A stretch of 64,000 nucleotides of DNA, from NCBI GenBank assembly GCA_030295235.1, contig AP026162.1:1612001-1676000 (forward strand), read 5' to 3'. Within the stretch, counting starts at the first letter, position 1. The number at the start of each line of letters is the position of its first letter. The DNA is from Fistulifera solaris. Lineage: Eukaryota. Below, in pieces: positions 47,761 through 59,147 of this stretch. The position numbers and the translations under genes were made by a program. The notes beneath the pieces are model-generated. The model searched no databases, was not told where the DNA came from, and worked only from the letters and a program-made list of their open reading frames with translations.

Positions 47761-49334
47761 ATGTCAACTCCGGTGGTAGTGCAAGGCACTCCGGTGGCGA
47801 ATCCGCACGTGCAAGGGGCCGGTTTCGCCACATCGATTACGACTCCGCAAGCAGGACAGAAGCAGGCCGCCCGATGCAACGATCCCATCTTTGCCCTTCT
47901 TTTCTACGTCACCGTCATTGCGATGGTGGCTGTCTCGGTTATATATGGCCCGAGTGCGATGGAGTCCGATGAAAATGGCGAAAGCTACGACTATTCCGGC
48001 TATGTGACCGCCACCGTAATCGTGGTCTGTCTTAGTTTCCTCGCTTCCGGTGGCGCTCTCGCTATCATGATGTGCATCCCAGAGACTCTCATCAAAGTTT
48101 CCTTGATTTTTGTCGTTGTTTTAGCGGGCCTCTGGATGGTCATGGCGTTCTTGTCGGGACAGATTTTTGCTGGAATTATGGGTGCGATCTTCTTCGCCAT
48201 GTCCCTCTGTTACGCCAAGGTTGTTTGGGGCCGTATTCCGTTCGCTACAGCCAATCTAGTAACTTCGATGACGGCTATTAAGGCCAACCTGGGTGTCACG
48301 GCCTATGCCTACCTCTTTACGATCATTGCTGGGGTTTGGTCTATCCTTTGGTCTGTTTCATTTGTCGGTATCTACAACGAAAGTGAAACTTGCGATGCAA
48401 GAGGCGAGAACTGTGAGCCGGGCTACGGAATTCTCTTCGTTTTGTTCGTTGCCTTTTTTCTTCGTTCAGCAGGTGCTGAGTGTAAGTTTGTTCGCGCCTT
48501 CTACAGGTTGTTTGGGCGTGTGAAATGTTCCTCACAGAATCCCATTCTTGTTAGAGCTGCGTCCATACTACTGTTGCTGGGACGGTAGGAAATTGGTGGT
48601 TCGAACCAGCCGAAGCGAATTCATGCTGCTCTTCTGCGGTAAACAATTCGTTTCTTCGAACTGTGACGACTTCCTTCGGATCCATCTGCTTCGGATCACT
48701 CATTGTTGCCATTTTGGAAGCTCTACGAATGCTGGCACGTGCTGCACGTGAAAACGATGACGGAAACGGTATTCTCCTTTGTATTGCGGAATGTATTCTT
48801 GGTTGCCTTTCATCTTTGATGGAGTATTTCAATAAGGTGCGTCACTCATTAGCACAATCGGAACTTGGTTGACCTAAAATGCAGTCTAATGTGGCTCCGA
48901 CTTTCTCATTTGTTCAGTGGGCCTTCATCTATGTGGGCTTGTACGGCTACTCTTACTTGGAGGCAGGAAAGAATGTCTTTACCCTCTTCCACAATCGCGG
49001 TTGGGAAGCGATTATTGCCGACGATTTGGTACAAAACGTGCTGTTCTTGATGTCGCTAATGACTGGTGGTGTAATGGGTGGTCTTGCATTGATTATGGAC
49101 GTATCTACAGACCTCTTCGAAGAGGCTGGCGGAGACTCCAAAGCAGTGGCCTTCCTGCTGGGATTCATTGTCGGTCTAGCCATTTCGAGTGTTCTCTTGA
49201 GCACCGTCGGTAGCGGCGTGAACGCCGTGATTGTTTTGTTTGCCGAAGCCCCGGCTGACTTTGAGCGAAACCATCCTCAGCTCAGTCAGCGCATGCGCAC
49301 AACTTGGAATGAAGTCTACCCTGGTAGTGTCTAA
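47761..49334 (+). CDS. Choline transporter-like (CTL/SLC44/PNS1) protein; two introns; frameshift near 48455
   Basis: CNDPIFALLF, RIPFA, SFGSICFGSL, FNKWAF.Y.GLYG.S..EAGK, GW..II.DDL. Confidence 0.9.
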
Positions 49335-49524
49335 AACTGATATAAAATTATATTGTGTGTAGTCCTTTACTATGTTGTGATTTCAACAAATCTTGACTAG
49401 ACTATGGGCATAGTTGTCACGTCACTGACGATGTGACGTGCAAGTGACGTGTTTCATTTTTTTTGTGAAAATTGCACCTTTTTATGCTTCATGGCTTTGA
49501 CGATGTTTTCTGATTGTGATAGTT

Positions 49525-50400
49525 ATGTTGCATCGATTAGGAAACAATCACTCGTTTACCTCAATCTATTCCAATGCACAGTGCAAACAGAAATGGGGTG
49601 GTCGTCTCCGCTTTGCACTGCTTCTGCTTTGCTCATGGTTCGCACATAGCTTTCGGCCTTTTCGGAGTGCAAATAATCGGCATCACTCTTTCTTCCTCGG
49701 GACAAGCGCTCGCAAAGCAAAGGACGGCCAAGACGATGAAACGTATATAGAACAAGTGGAAAACCCAGGGAGGCGAAATCTGATTCTCAATGTCGCGACA
49801 GCTGGGGCGCTGGGTGCTTCTGGGGCTTCATTGTGGTACCTTTTCAATCAGAATGTGTACACTCCTGAGGGATTTAGTCGATATCCTTCGACGCAATTTA
49901 TTGCAGCGCTTGGGGATCCCAGTTCTAGTGCAGGAACAGGTGCGAAGAACTGGGGAGTCTGGAGAAAAGATCCTGGTCCTCGAGGTGTCTGGTTGAAGGA
50001 TTACGGAAAGGAGCTTGAGAGCAACTACAACTTGGCACCGGCAGGATGGCAGTTTGATCCCCAAGACTGGTGGCTTGAAGAACATGGACTTATTATGGAG
50101 GCACCACAATTCCCCATTCCAGCAGGAAGGTACCTTGTCACTGGTGGTCGTCAGGTTACGACCGGCTTGACCATTTCAGAGGACGGTAGTTGGAGACTTG
50201 ACGAAGGCACTCTATACGATGTGACTCATTTACCATGTCGATCTGCTCGTTACAATCCGGTAGCACAAGGTAAAGGCTCTCCGAAGGATGCCAGCCTAGC
50301 CGATTTCCCAGTCAAGCCAGGAGCGATCATGCCATCTGTTGCTGGAACGAACAAGCAAGACTATGCTGTCCTGTTTTTATTGGGAAAGGCCATTAGCTAG
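49525..50400 (+). CDS. Conserved-looking hypothetical protein, possibly plastid/thylakoid-targeted
   Basis: Long ORF; hydrophobic leader; RRNL followed by a hydrophobic helix; Trp/Gly/Pro-rich globular domain (DPGPRGV, WWLEEHGL, YDVTHLPCRSARY). Confidence 0.7.
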   Translation: MLHRLGNNHSFTSIYSNAQCKQKWGGRLRFALLLLCSWFAHSFRPFRSANNRHHSFFLGTSARKAKDGQDDETYIEQVENPGRRNLILNVATAGALGASGASLWYLFNQNVYTPEGFSRYPSTQFIAALGDPSSSAGTGAKNWGVWRKDPGPRGVWLKDYGKELESNYNLAPAGWQFDPQDWWLEEHGLIMEAPQFPIPAGRYLVTGGRQVTTGLTISEDGSWRLDEGTLYDVTHLPCRSARYNPVAQGKGSPKDASLADFPVKPGAIMPSVAGTNKQDYAVLFLLGKAIS

Positions 50401-50592
50401 AGTGAAAAGATTTGGCTGTTTGTAGTGTATAAGGAGAAAATGTAATCACAAAACTTAACTTTCTACACTTGTACAAGTGGGTGGTTTCTCATCGAATAAT
50501 TCCGTAGTTATTGTCGAATGCCTCAGCTCGATCATTTCAATGCATGTATGGAGCGAAAGGAGACATACCAACAAAGTCGCATCACAGCAGAC

Positions 50593-51078
50593 TCAGTCGT
50601 AGTCGTCATCATCGATAATTAGTTCAGCCTTTGCTGGTCGTTCACGTTGAATAGCATGTTCATCTACTTCCATTGCTTCTTGTAGAAAGCCATCAGGTTT
50701 TATCCGCTTGTTCTTTGCGATTGTAGGATGAGAGGTAGAGCTGTTACGTTTCGAAGTTTTCGCAGTCTTATACATTTGGTAAGGATTGGTGTCATCGACA
50801 TCGACCACGCTTTCAAAGATTCCGTCGAGTATCGAGGATTGATGTTCAGAGCCGTCCACCGCCGCTTTTAAATGTGCAAGCGTAACGAGTGTGCCGTCAG
50901 TCGGTTTTGCGCTTTTCACCAGATCATGGATGAAAAGCGCAGAGGCAGCCGAAACTAGCCTTACCACAGGTTCGCGAAGCTGTCCAACCTCTTCCTGGGC
51001 CTGCAGAACACCCTTTATCTTTGGTGGAGGAAAAAGATCACACCATGATTGCTTCGTTGTTGCAGATGATTGAGACAT
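50593..51078 (-). CDS. Histone-fold protein, NC2-alpha/NF-YC-like
   Basis: FPPPKIKGVLQAQEEVGQL...VSAASALFIHDLV...VTLAHLK. Confidence 0.65.
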   Translation of the reverse strand: MSQSSATTKQSWCDLFPPPKIKGVLQAQEEVGQLREPVVRLVSAASALFIHDLVKSAKPTDGTLVTLAHLKAAVDGSEHQSSILDGIFESVVDVDDTNPYQMYKTAKTSKRNSSTSHPTIAKNKRIKPDGFLQEAMEVDEHAIQRERPAKAELIIDDDDYD

Positions 51079-51977
51079 GGCTGTTGTCCTTATATTCAAG
51101 CATGGGTCTAAGTGGGTGTTGGTGACTTTATCATTAGCAACGTAACGAGTAACGACGCTGCTGCAAGCGTTCGAAATAAGCATAAAACAGGCACCATCAC
51201 CATGGTCTTCGTTGCTTGCTTCGTTGTCGCCCATGGTTTCGGAGCTTGGGTCTTAGATGTAAACCCGCGAACCCTGATAAGGTTAGTGGTTATAAGTATT
51301 TTACGCATTGACTCTAGATCCAACAGTATCCTGAAGTGTACATTAACTTCTAGTCTCCTTGTGGACGAAGCCTAAATTTTGATTCTCTTGTGTACTGACT
51401 ATAAAGTTTTGTGTGCCTATACTCTGGTACCGGAACAGGGCAGGATCTATGTGCAAAATTTCTGCCTGCATACGCTTCATAGGGCCGCTCGCGCCGGCAT
51501 AGCCAGTATTAAGCCCAAGCCAGTGTCGTCGATTGTAGATAGTACCAGGTAATCGATGATCGATGCGTATCACTTAGAAACGAGGTGTCCTAAATGTTTC
51601 TATTACTCCGAATTTGAAGTTTTTCCCTTAAGTATTTGGTTCCAACGGCAATCCTACTGAATGATGATAGACAAGTTACTGTGCAGGCGCAGCGCGCAAG
51701 CCGGCGTGGCTGCGTGGCACACCGAACACCGACCAAAACAGCGAAAAGAATAGCCGCACTGCGACAGCTTTTCAAAAGGTCGCGCTCTGGGTCGTTTCTA
51801 CAGTATTTTGAAGGAATGTTACAAGCAATTAAATGGTTTCATTGATTGTGGTAAAGCATCCGTCATTCCTCGTTTTAAATCAACGTTCAGTTCAAGTAGT
51901 GATATTGGGTTTTACCCGCCAACTAGGTTTTATCAGTTGAAGAAGAATAGCTTCAGAGTTCAGGCCCTTCGATCAAA

Positions 51978-54900
51978 ATGAGATCGCCATATTCTTCCAC
52001 TTTGGCGAAAAGCAAAAGCTCAACCCAACAAACTCCCCCACGAAGCAATTTCTCGACGCTCAATAACGAAACTTTGGGGACAACTCATGTTTGGGTGCGA
52101 ACAGATTTAATTGAAGCAATACACAGACACGGTCAGCTGCCGAAAGGATGGAGGCCACGAAAGAGGTTGCGAGACGAGCGCGATGCTTGGGGATGGTGTC
52201 GCGCCCGCGTAACATCAAACGAAAACAGACAAAGCATTGCTCCGAATAATAGCAGCAACGGTAACAGTGTGACTAGTCCTTTCGGTCAAGTCCAGCTGAG
52301 AAGAACGCAAAAATCACCACAATGGAAAACTATGGAAGTGCAGCCCAGAACTCTTTCAGTAACTCTTACTGTGGACGATCCAGAATTTGCTCCACCTGAA
52401 CTCGACAGGGTGTCGGTTTCTTTTGCTTACAATACCGGTGACAACTCGAAAGTCTGCCCTTCAAATACTTGGTGGCAACAAAATGAGACTCCACCCGAGG
52501 ACTTGACCAGCCTCGAACAACTACACGAGCCGGCTGTGGTATTTTGCTTGCAAACACGGTATCAAAATGATTGTATCTACACATATACGGGGAAAGTTCT
52601 TTTGGCGTTGAATCCATTCCGCGCGATCGAGACGCTCTACGGCCCTGATGTCATGGCCCAGTACTGGCAGAATGATTACTCCGGTCAAAGACCTCCTCCT
52701 CATATTTTCGCTATTGCTGAAGACGCTTATCGCTCTATGGTAAATGCTATGCAAATGGCGGATCGTTCACCAAATCAGTCCATTCTGGTATCGGGAGAGA
52801 GTGGAGCTGGAAAGACGGTGACAACAAAAATTATCATGAGGTATCTGGCGACGCTGTCAGAGCAATCGTCTCATCACTCTCGAGGCAACGCTGGGATCGA
52901 GTCGCAAGTGCTCCTTTCCAATCCGATTCTAGAGTCATTTGGTAACGCACGCACCGTGAGAAACGACAACTCTTCCCGCTTTGGAAAATTCATGGAGATT
53001 CTTTTTGAGCCCAGTGGATGTTTAACTTCGGCCAAGATCGAGACGTACCTTCTCGAGAAGGTTCGGTTAATATCTCAAGCACCTGGAGAGCGTAACTATC
53101 ACATCTTTTATGAGCTTCTTGCTGGGCTGTCACAAAACGAGCGTCGCTGCTTTCAGATTGGAAATAAGTCAGCCCGTGATTTCCGAATGACGTCGAATTC
53201 TGGGACGTACGACCGAAGAGATGGTGTCAGCGATCGAGCCAAATTTCAAGAATTGAAGCATGCACTTACTACTGTCGGATTTACCGCTATGGATCAAAGT
53301 GATCTGTTTTCTATTGCTTGTGCATTATTGCACGCGTCGAACTTGACCTTTTTGGAAATTGATGCTCATGAGGACTCAAGCGCCCTCGATCGACGGAACG
53401 CTTCTTTTCGAGCAGCAGTAGAGCTGTTGGGTGTAGATGAAAATACTCTTGATAGTGCGCTCTGTCGACACGAGATTCAAGCTCGAAACGAAAGATTGTA
53501 CAAGAATTTAGACACAGCTAGAGCTCAGAAGGCGTTGGAAGCGCTAATCAAGGCAACTTACGGTGCTTTGTTCAATCATATTGTACGCCGGATGAACACT
53601 TTTATAGCTGGAATGCCAGCCAACAGGGGTGCTTTCATTGGTGTTTTAGATATTTTTGGCTTTGAATCTTTCGAGGTTAACTCCTTCGAACAGCTTTGCA
53701 TCAACTATTGCAATGAGGCACTTCAACAGCAATTCAATCGGTTCGTTTTTAAGTTGGAACAGCAAGAGTATCAGAAAGAAGGGATTGAGTGGTCGTTTAT
53801 ATCGTTTCCTGACAATCAAGACATTCTCGACCTCATTGAAAAGAAGCATGGTGGAATTCTATCCATTCTCGATGAGCAAAGTCGACTGCCTCGCTGTACA
53901 GACTCGACTTTTGCTCAAGCTGTATACGAAAAATGCGATGGAAATGTACGTTTCGAGGCGACAAAGTCCCAGCAAGCGGTGTGCACTTTCTCGATCGATC
54001 ACTACGCAGGCTTAGTAGAATACGATACGATGAACTTTTTGGAGAAAAATAAGGACGAGTTGCCTAAAGAAACGACCGAGTTGCTTTGTACGTCTTCTCA
54101 CCCACTTCTGGCAACACTGGGTAGAGATCTGGAATCTGAATCAGACGAGCATTCATCTTCGTCCGTACCGAAAAGTAGGAGCAAAGTTCTTCAACGCTCA
54201 TCGAGCTCAATTCTACGAGAAAGCGTCGGGACACAATTTCGCGCTCAACTTCTTGCGTTAAGATCCCGCATTGAGTCCACTAATCCCCATTACGTTCGCT
54301 GTCTCAAACCAAATGACGATCTGGTGCCGCAGAACTTCAACCCTTTGGTTATAGCCGACCAGCTGAGATGCGCAGGTGTTCTGGAAGCTATTAGAGTTTC
54401 TCGTATTGGTTTCCCACATCGTTTCGCTCATGATCGATTCGTTCAACGGTATCGCTTACTAGCAAATCGGCAAGTGGGGAAAGCAAAGAGAAGAACGGGC
54501 ATTGACTGTGACGAGTTGGTCCAGACTTTGACGCCCCAGGTTCAGAGTGTCGTAGAAGAGGAAGGAAAAGAACAAAGTATTGACGTATTCTACGGCATAC
54601 AAATGGGTAAAACAAAAGTTTTTCTAAGACGGCGTGCGTTTGAAGCGCTTGAATACATGAGAGGAAGAAAACTCGAAAATGCGGCGGCAAGAATTCAATC
54701 TATGGCTCGAATGCATATAGCACGGATTGATTTCGAAGTTGCACGTTATGCAGCGATAATTATTCAAAGATTCGTTCGACAGATTGAGGCCTATCGAAGA
54801 GCACAAGTACTTCGGGTCGACAATGCTGTTCTAACAATGCAACGCGCGTGGCGATGCTACTCTGCCCGGCGAATACTTGTTGCTGGCCTCACGATCGCGT

Positions 54901-57020
54901 GGTGGGGCCAAAGTGCCTACAGAGGTGCGCTTGCACGGCAATACTGCGCTTACGTTTTCTTAGATAACAAAGTCTGCATGATCCAACGAGCCTGGAAAAG
55001 GCATTTATCCTCTCATGTATTTCGGAAGGTCCGTCGAGCAGTGATCTTTTTACAGAGTAGCCATAGGCGCAGATCGGCAAGAAAGGAGCTGATACGGCTT
55101 CGACAAGAAGCTCGAGATGTGAAGGCAGTCGCAGCAGAACGCGACAAATTTAGGCAAGAGTCTCTTAAGTTGAAAGAAGAACTTGAAAAGGCAAAGAAAG
55201 CTGTGGAGACACCCAAAGTTGTTTACAAGACCGTTCAGGCAAATCCAGCGCGTTCCGAAGAAGTAGAGAGGCTGAAGGCTGAGTTGCAGCGTTTGCGAAC
55301 AGAGCTTTCTGCAGTGAAAACAAGACAAACTTCTCCTCGAAATCAGGCTTCAGAATTAGCTCGCCTAAAAGAGGAACTTTCTCGCAGGGAGGAACAGCTT
55401 GATTTTCTCCGCCAAGAAGTAAGTTCACTACGTTCGCACGGAGATTCTTTTTCGATTCAGTCCTTCGTCATTGAAATTAATCCAAAAGATCGAATGAGTC
55501 CGCTACCCCTCACCTCTTCGAAAAGCCCCATGCATTCGCCTGATGTTAGCCTCCTTGATGAAGTCGGTGACAGTGACAATCAGGCTGTGTTTACAAGTCC
55601 ACTGCCGGTTAAGGATACACCGGCTCTTGACGTATTGTCTCCAAATGGATCCAACGGTACTGAACTGAGATATTTATTCAGTGCTATCAGACAGAGGAAC
55701 ACCAAACTCTTTGCTCAGATCCTTAAGCAGAGTAATGAACCTTGCGCTCTTGTTAACGAAATCGATCACCACGGGAGAAGTGCGATTCATATTGCAACCT
55801 TATGCAACGTTCCTGAAATCGTTGAGATCCTGCTTCAACAAGGAGCAGCAACAAACGTGCAGGACGTCGATGGAGAAACACCACTACACCTTGCTGGAAA
55901 TGCCTCGATGATCGAATTGCTACTAAAGAGAGGCAACGCTAATCCCAACATTCCTAACTTGGATGGAATTTGTTCGCTGCATCTGGCTGTCCAACGACGT
56001 GACATTCAGTCTGTTAAAACACTTTTGATGTTCAACGCCGATATGAACTCAGCCGACAATATTCGATGGTTCACCTCGCTCCACCTTATCGCCCTTTCGC
56101 CTCGAAGTGACGTGATGCCCAGCAAAGACGCCGACTTGGGATCTCGGATAGCTCAACTTTTAGCCACTAAACACGGGATCCATTCTCCGGATCTTGACTA
56201 TCAAGATCGTGAAGGGAATGCACCATTGCATTACGCGGTACAGCTTGAGAGTGAAGATGCATGCGGTGTCGTTTCAGTTTTCTTGGGCAAAGGTGCTAAC
56301 CCAAATATACGTAACGAACGTAACCAGAGTCCGCTACACTTGTTGTGTCACAATGAGGAACTCAGATCGTTGAACGTCTTTCACGAAATTTTGCACTCTA
56401 TGTTGTTTCACGGTGCTGATCCAAACCAGCAGTCCCTCACGGGGTGCACTCCTTTACATTTGAGTCTCTACCACAAAGATATAGAGAGTGCCGTACAACT
56501 CGTCGCTTGGGGAGCCGAGTTGCATTTACTTTGGAAAAAGGTAAGAGCAGTAGACAATGAGAGATTTCTGTGTTTCAGCCTTGAGCTCACGGGCTCTTTA
56601 TTACAATAATAGCCAAAGAGATGGAATTGTTTTTGGACGGACACCGGAGAGCAGGAGATTCTGGCTTTAGATATGCTCGAGGATGATCATTCGCTGCATC
56701 GTATTCTTTCGGCCATAAATCGACCTCAGAAGTGGGCGCCTACGCGTTCTTGGTGCATGCATTGCAGAGGCGCATTGGGGACGCACACGAGGGCGCTCCA
56801 CTGCCGCCACTGCAGTCGACTGGTTTGCGGCGACTGTTCTACTTCATGCCTTCCGTCGGAGTATTTTCCCAAAAGCTTTGGTGTCAGTGAACCATCGTGG
56901 GTATGTTCTCTATGTGAGAAGATCCTCAGGGGACGCAAAGAGGATATGAGTAATGAGACTCAACCAGCATCATCGTCGTACGGGGACGACGATGACCAAT
57001 TTTCCCCTGTTAAATTCTGA
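51978..57020 (+). CDS. Unconventional myosin with IQ motifs, coiled coil, ankyrin repeats and C-terminal FYVE finger; intron 56541-56612
   Basis: GESGAGKT, NDNSSRFGK, LDIFGFE, YVRCLKPN; IQ repeats; GxTPLH ankyrins; CxxC...HCRHCSRLVC...CxxC. Confidence 0.93.
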
Positions 57021-57129
57021 ATAAAACCATTTCTGTATTAGTTTTTAATTAAAAGTTGGCGTTCTGAAAAGCTCTTATCTTGTAGCTATTGAGCCTGTCC
57101 GTTGACGATGTGTCTTACGTCTTACTAAT

Positions 57130-57375
57130 GACTAATGACTTAAATGCAGTCTGCTAAAATACGGACAACACTTTGGGTGTATAGTAAATATGGAAGGTAA
57201 TGATTCATCAGTTTTATCGACGTTACGAGTCGATACCTGCATTGCAAATGCTGGCTCTAGTATTAAGACCGTAAGGAAACAAATGTATCTTGACGAGTTG
57301 GCGGAATGGATGAAGGTTATGTAGCAGTCTGGCTCGAAAGAAAAATGATTCATGACTCAAGTGCAGTCGTGCACG
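57130..57375 (+). repeat. Diverged solo copy of the ~230-bp module A unit
   Basis: ATGACTTAAATGCAGTC...CAACACTTTGGG..TATAGTAAA at 57135 and GCTCGAAAGAAAAATGATTCATGACTCAAGTGCAGTCG ~216 bp later. Confidence 0.65.
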
Positions 57376-57788
57376 CTTGTCTCCCTTCAAAAAAAAGTAA
57401 TCTACACTAACCGCTATACTCTTCCATGTTGGTGACGTGGCCCTCGCAACTCGATCCGTCGTTGGTTGAATCCCGTGATGCAAGCTGGTATCTTTGATTC
57501 ATGAGTTCGCATTTTACACTTTTTTCTATAGAAAATGAAGCGTTGCATCACGTTAGTGAATCCCGGATCCTGGTTGAAGTCGAAAGCCTGGATACCCTCG
57601 TGCTTTGCCGTGTCGCGTGGGCTGCACCTCGTTTTCGGTCGACGCCAAGCTCAACTTGAAAAAGATTCAACTTCTTTGGTCGGCTTATTTGCGACAAAGC
57701 GAAAAAGACACCTTGTATTGCAACTTCTTGTGCCTGAGGCGGTTTATCTTGATTATATTGGCTTGTTTATACGTCTAGCCGCAACAAC

Positions 57789-58967
57789 ATGAAGTTCGTT
57801 TTTGTCAACGCCGTCCTTCTGCTGGCGAATGCCCATGCGTTCACTTTTTCCAAACGCTTTGGTGTACGCTCCGTTGCTTTGCATTCTACGGTGACAGAGA
57901 AAACGGATGTAGCCACTGAAACGGCTACACCTCGAACGAAGGAGAAAAGAAAGGTTTTAACAGAACCGAATCTATGGGAATACAACTTTGGCTTACAAGA
58001 CCCCAAAATTCCGCTGCCGCATGGTCTTGTACAAGACGTCTCGCCACCCGAGACATTCAAAGTGACAGAGGAGCAAATCCGAACGCTCGAAGAAGACGGT
58101 GTCGTGCTTTTGAAAGGCGTATTTGACGAGGAATGGGTCGATTACATGAGAAAAGCAACCACTTATCAAACAGAAAATCCCCACTTCTGGGCTTTTGCCG
58201 GAACTGCCTCCAAACTGTATGACTATATTCAACGTAATGTTTGGCAAACAAACAGAGCGTTCGCCAACTTTTACTATCACTCAGCCATAGGGGATGTTCT
58301 GCGACAGTGTGGGAGAACGGACGAAATTCGTGTCTCCACTGATCTTCTCATGGTCAATCCGAACAAGGGCTTCAAGTGGCATCAAGATAACCAAAATGGA
58401 CCTATTACAACCGATGAAGGAATTCGGTTCTGGATTACCATGGACGAGACTCCGAAAGACTATGGTGCGCCAGTCTATTTAAAGCGATCACACTTCAACA
58501 CAGCTGTTGACCCTGAAGCTGTGTTCGTTGATATCAATCAGGAAGGTCTGGAAGAATACCGCGACCAACAGCTTGAATTCCGAACCATGCCGGGTGACAT
58601 GCTCATCTGGCACCCTCGAACGATTCACAAAATCGATGGTCCGGAAGATGGCATCTGGGAATCCTATCGACGCGTTCTGGGTGGAACTGTAGCCAAGGGC
58701 GGTACACTGTACCACGACAAGCGAGGAACCGGAGGTGTTCTTTCCGACCTCGGTAAGCACGGATTGGTGGACGGCGACAAATTAGATTCGCCTTTCTTCC
58801 CCATTATCTACCCTCGACCGAATAAGCATGAGATCGCCGAGCGCGATGCGGGGCGTGTGGGGCGAAACTTCAACGACATTGTATCGAAGGTGGGAGGCAT
58901 GATAACATCTACATCAACAAAGAAATTCGCTAGCTTCTTTGCCGTAATGGGCAGTAGGAGTAAATAA
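57789..58967 (+). CDS. Plastid-targeted phytanoyl-CoA dioxygenase (PhyH)-like 2OG-Fe(II) oxygenase
   Basis: AHA-FTF targeting motif; EDGVV.LKG.F, WHQD, W..MD, PGD.LIWH..TIH. Confidence 0.8.
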   Translation: MKFVFVNAVLLLANAHAFTFSKRFGVRSVALHSTVTEKTDVATETATPRTKEKRKVLTEPNLWEYNFGLQDPKIPLPHGLVQDVSPPETFKVTEEQIRTLEEDGVVLLKGVFDEEWVDYMRKATTYQTENPHFWAFAGTASKLYDYIQRNVWQTNRAFANFYYHSAIGDVLRQCGRTDEIRVSTDLLMVNPNKGFKWHQDNQNGPITTDEGIRFWITMDETPKDYGAPVYLKRSHFNTAVDPEAVFVDINQEGLEEYRDQQLEFRTMPGDMLIWHPRTIHKIDGPEDGIWESYRRVLGGTVAKGGTLYHDKRGTGGVLSDLGKHGLVDGDKLDSPFFPIIYPRPNKHEIAERDAGRVGRNFNDIVSKVGGMITSTSTKKFASFFAVMGSRSK

Positions 58968-59147
58968 GTCAAATTCATTCTCAGTTTCTTCTTGTCGCAA
59001 ACGCATTGTTTGACTGTCATTCTTGCCGGAATATACCCATAGACGGGGTACAGGCGATTTATATTCTATTAACATTTAAAGCCTCTTATCATATTATTTC
59101 TACCAATAAAAGGGGGTCTACAGTCTTACTAAGGAGCAGTTTAGCTT

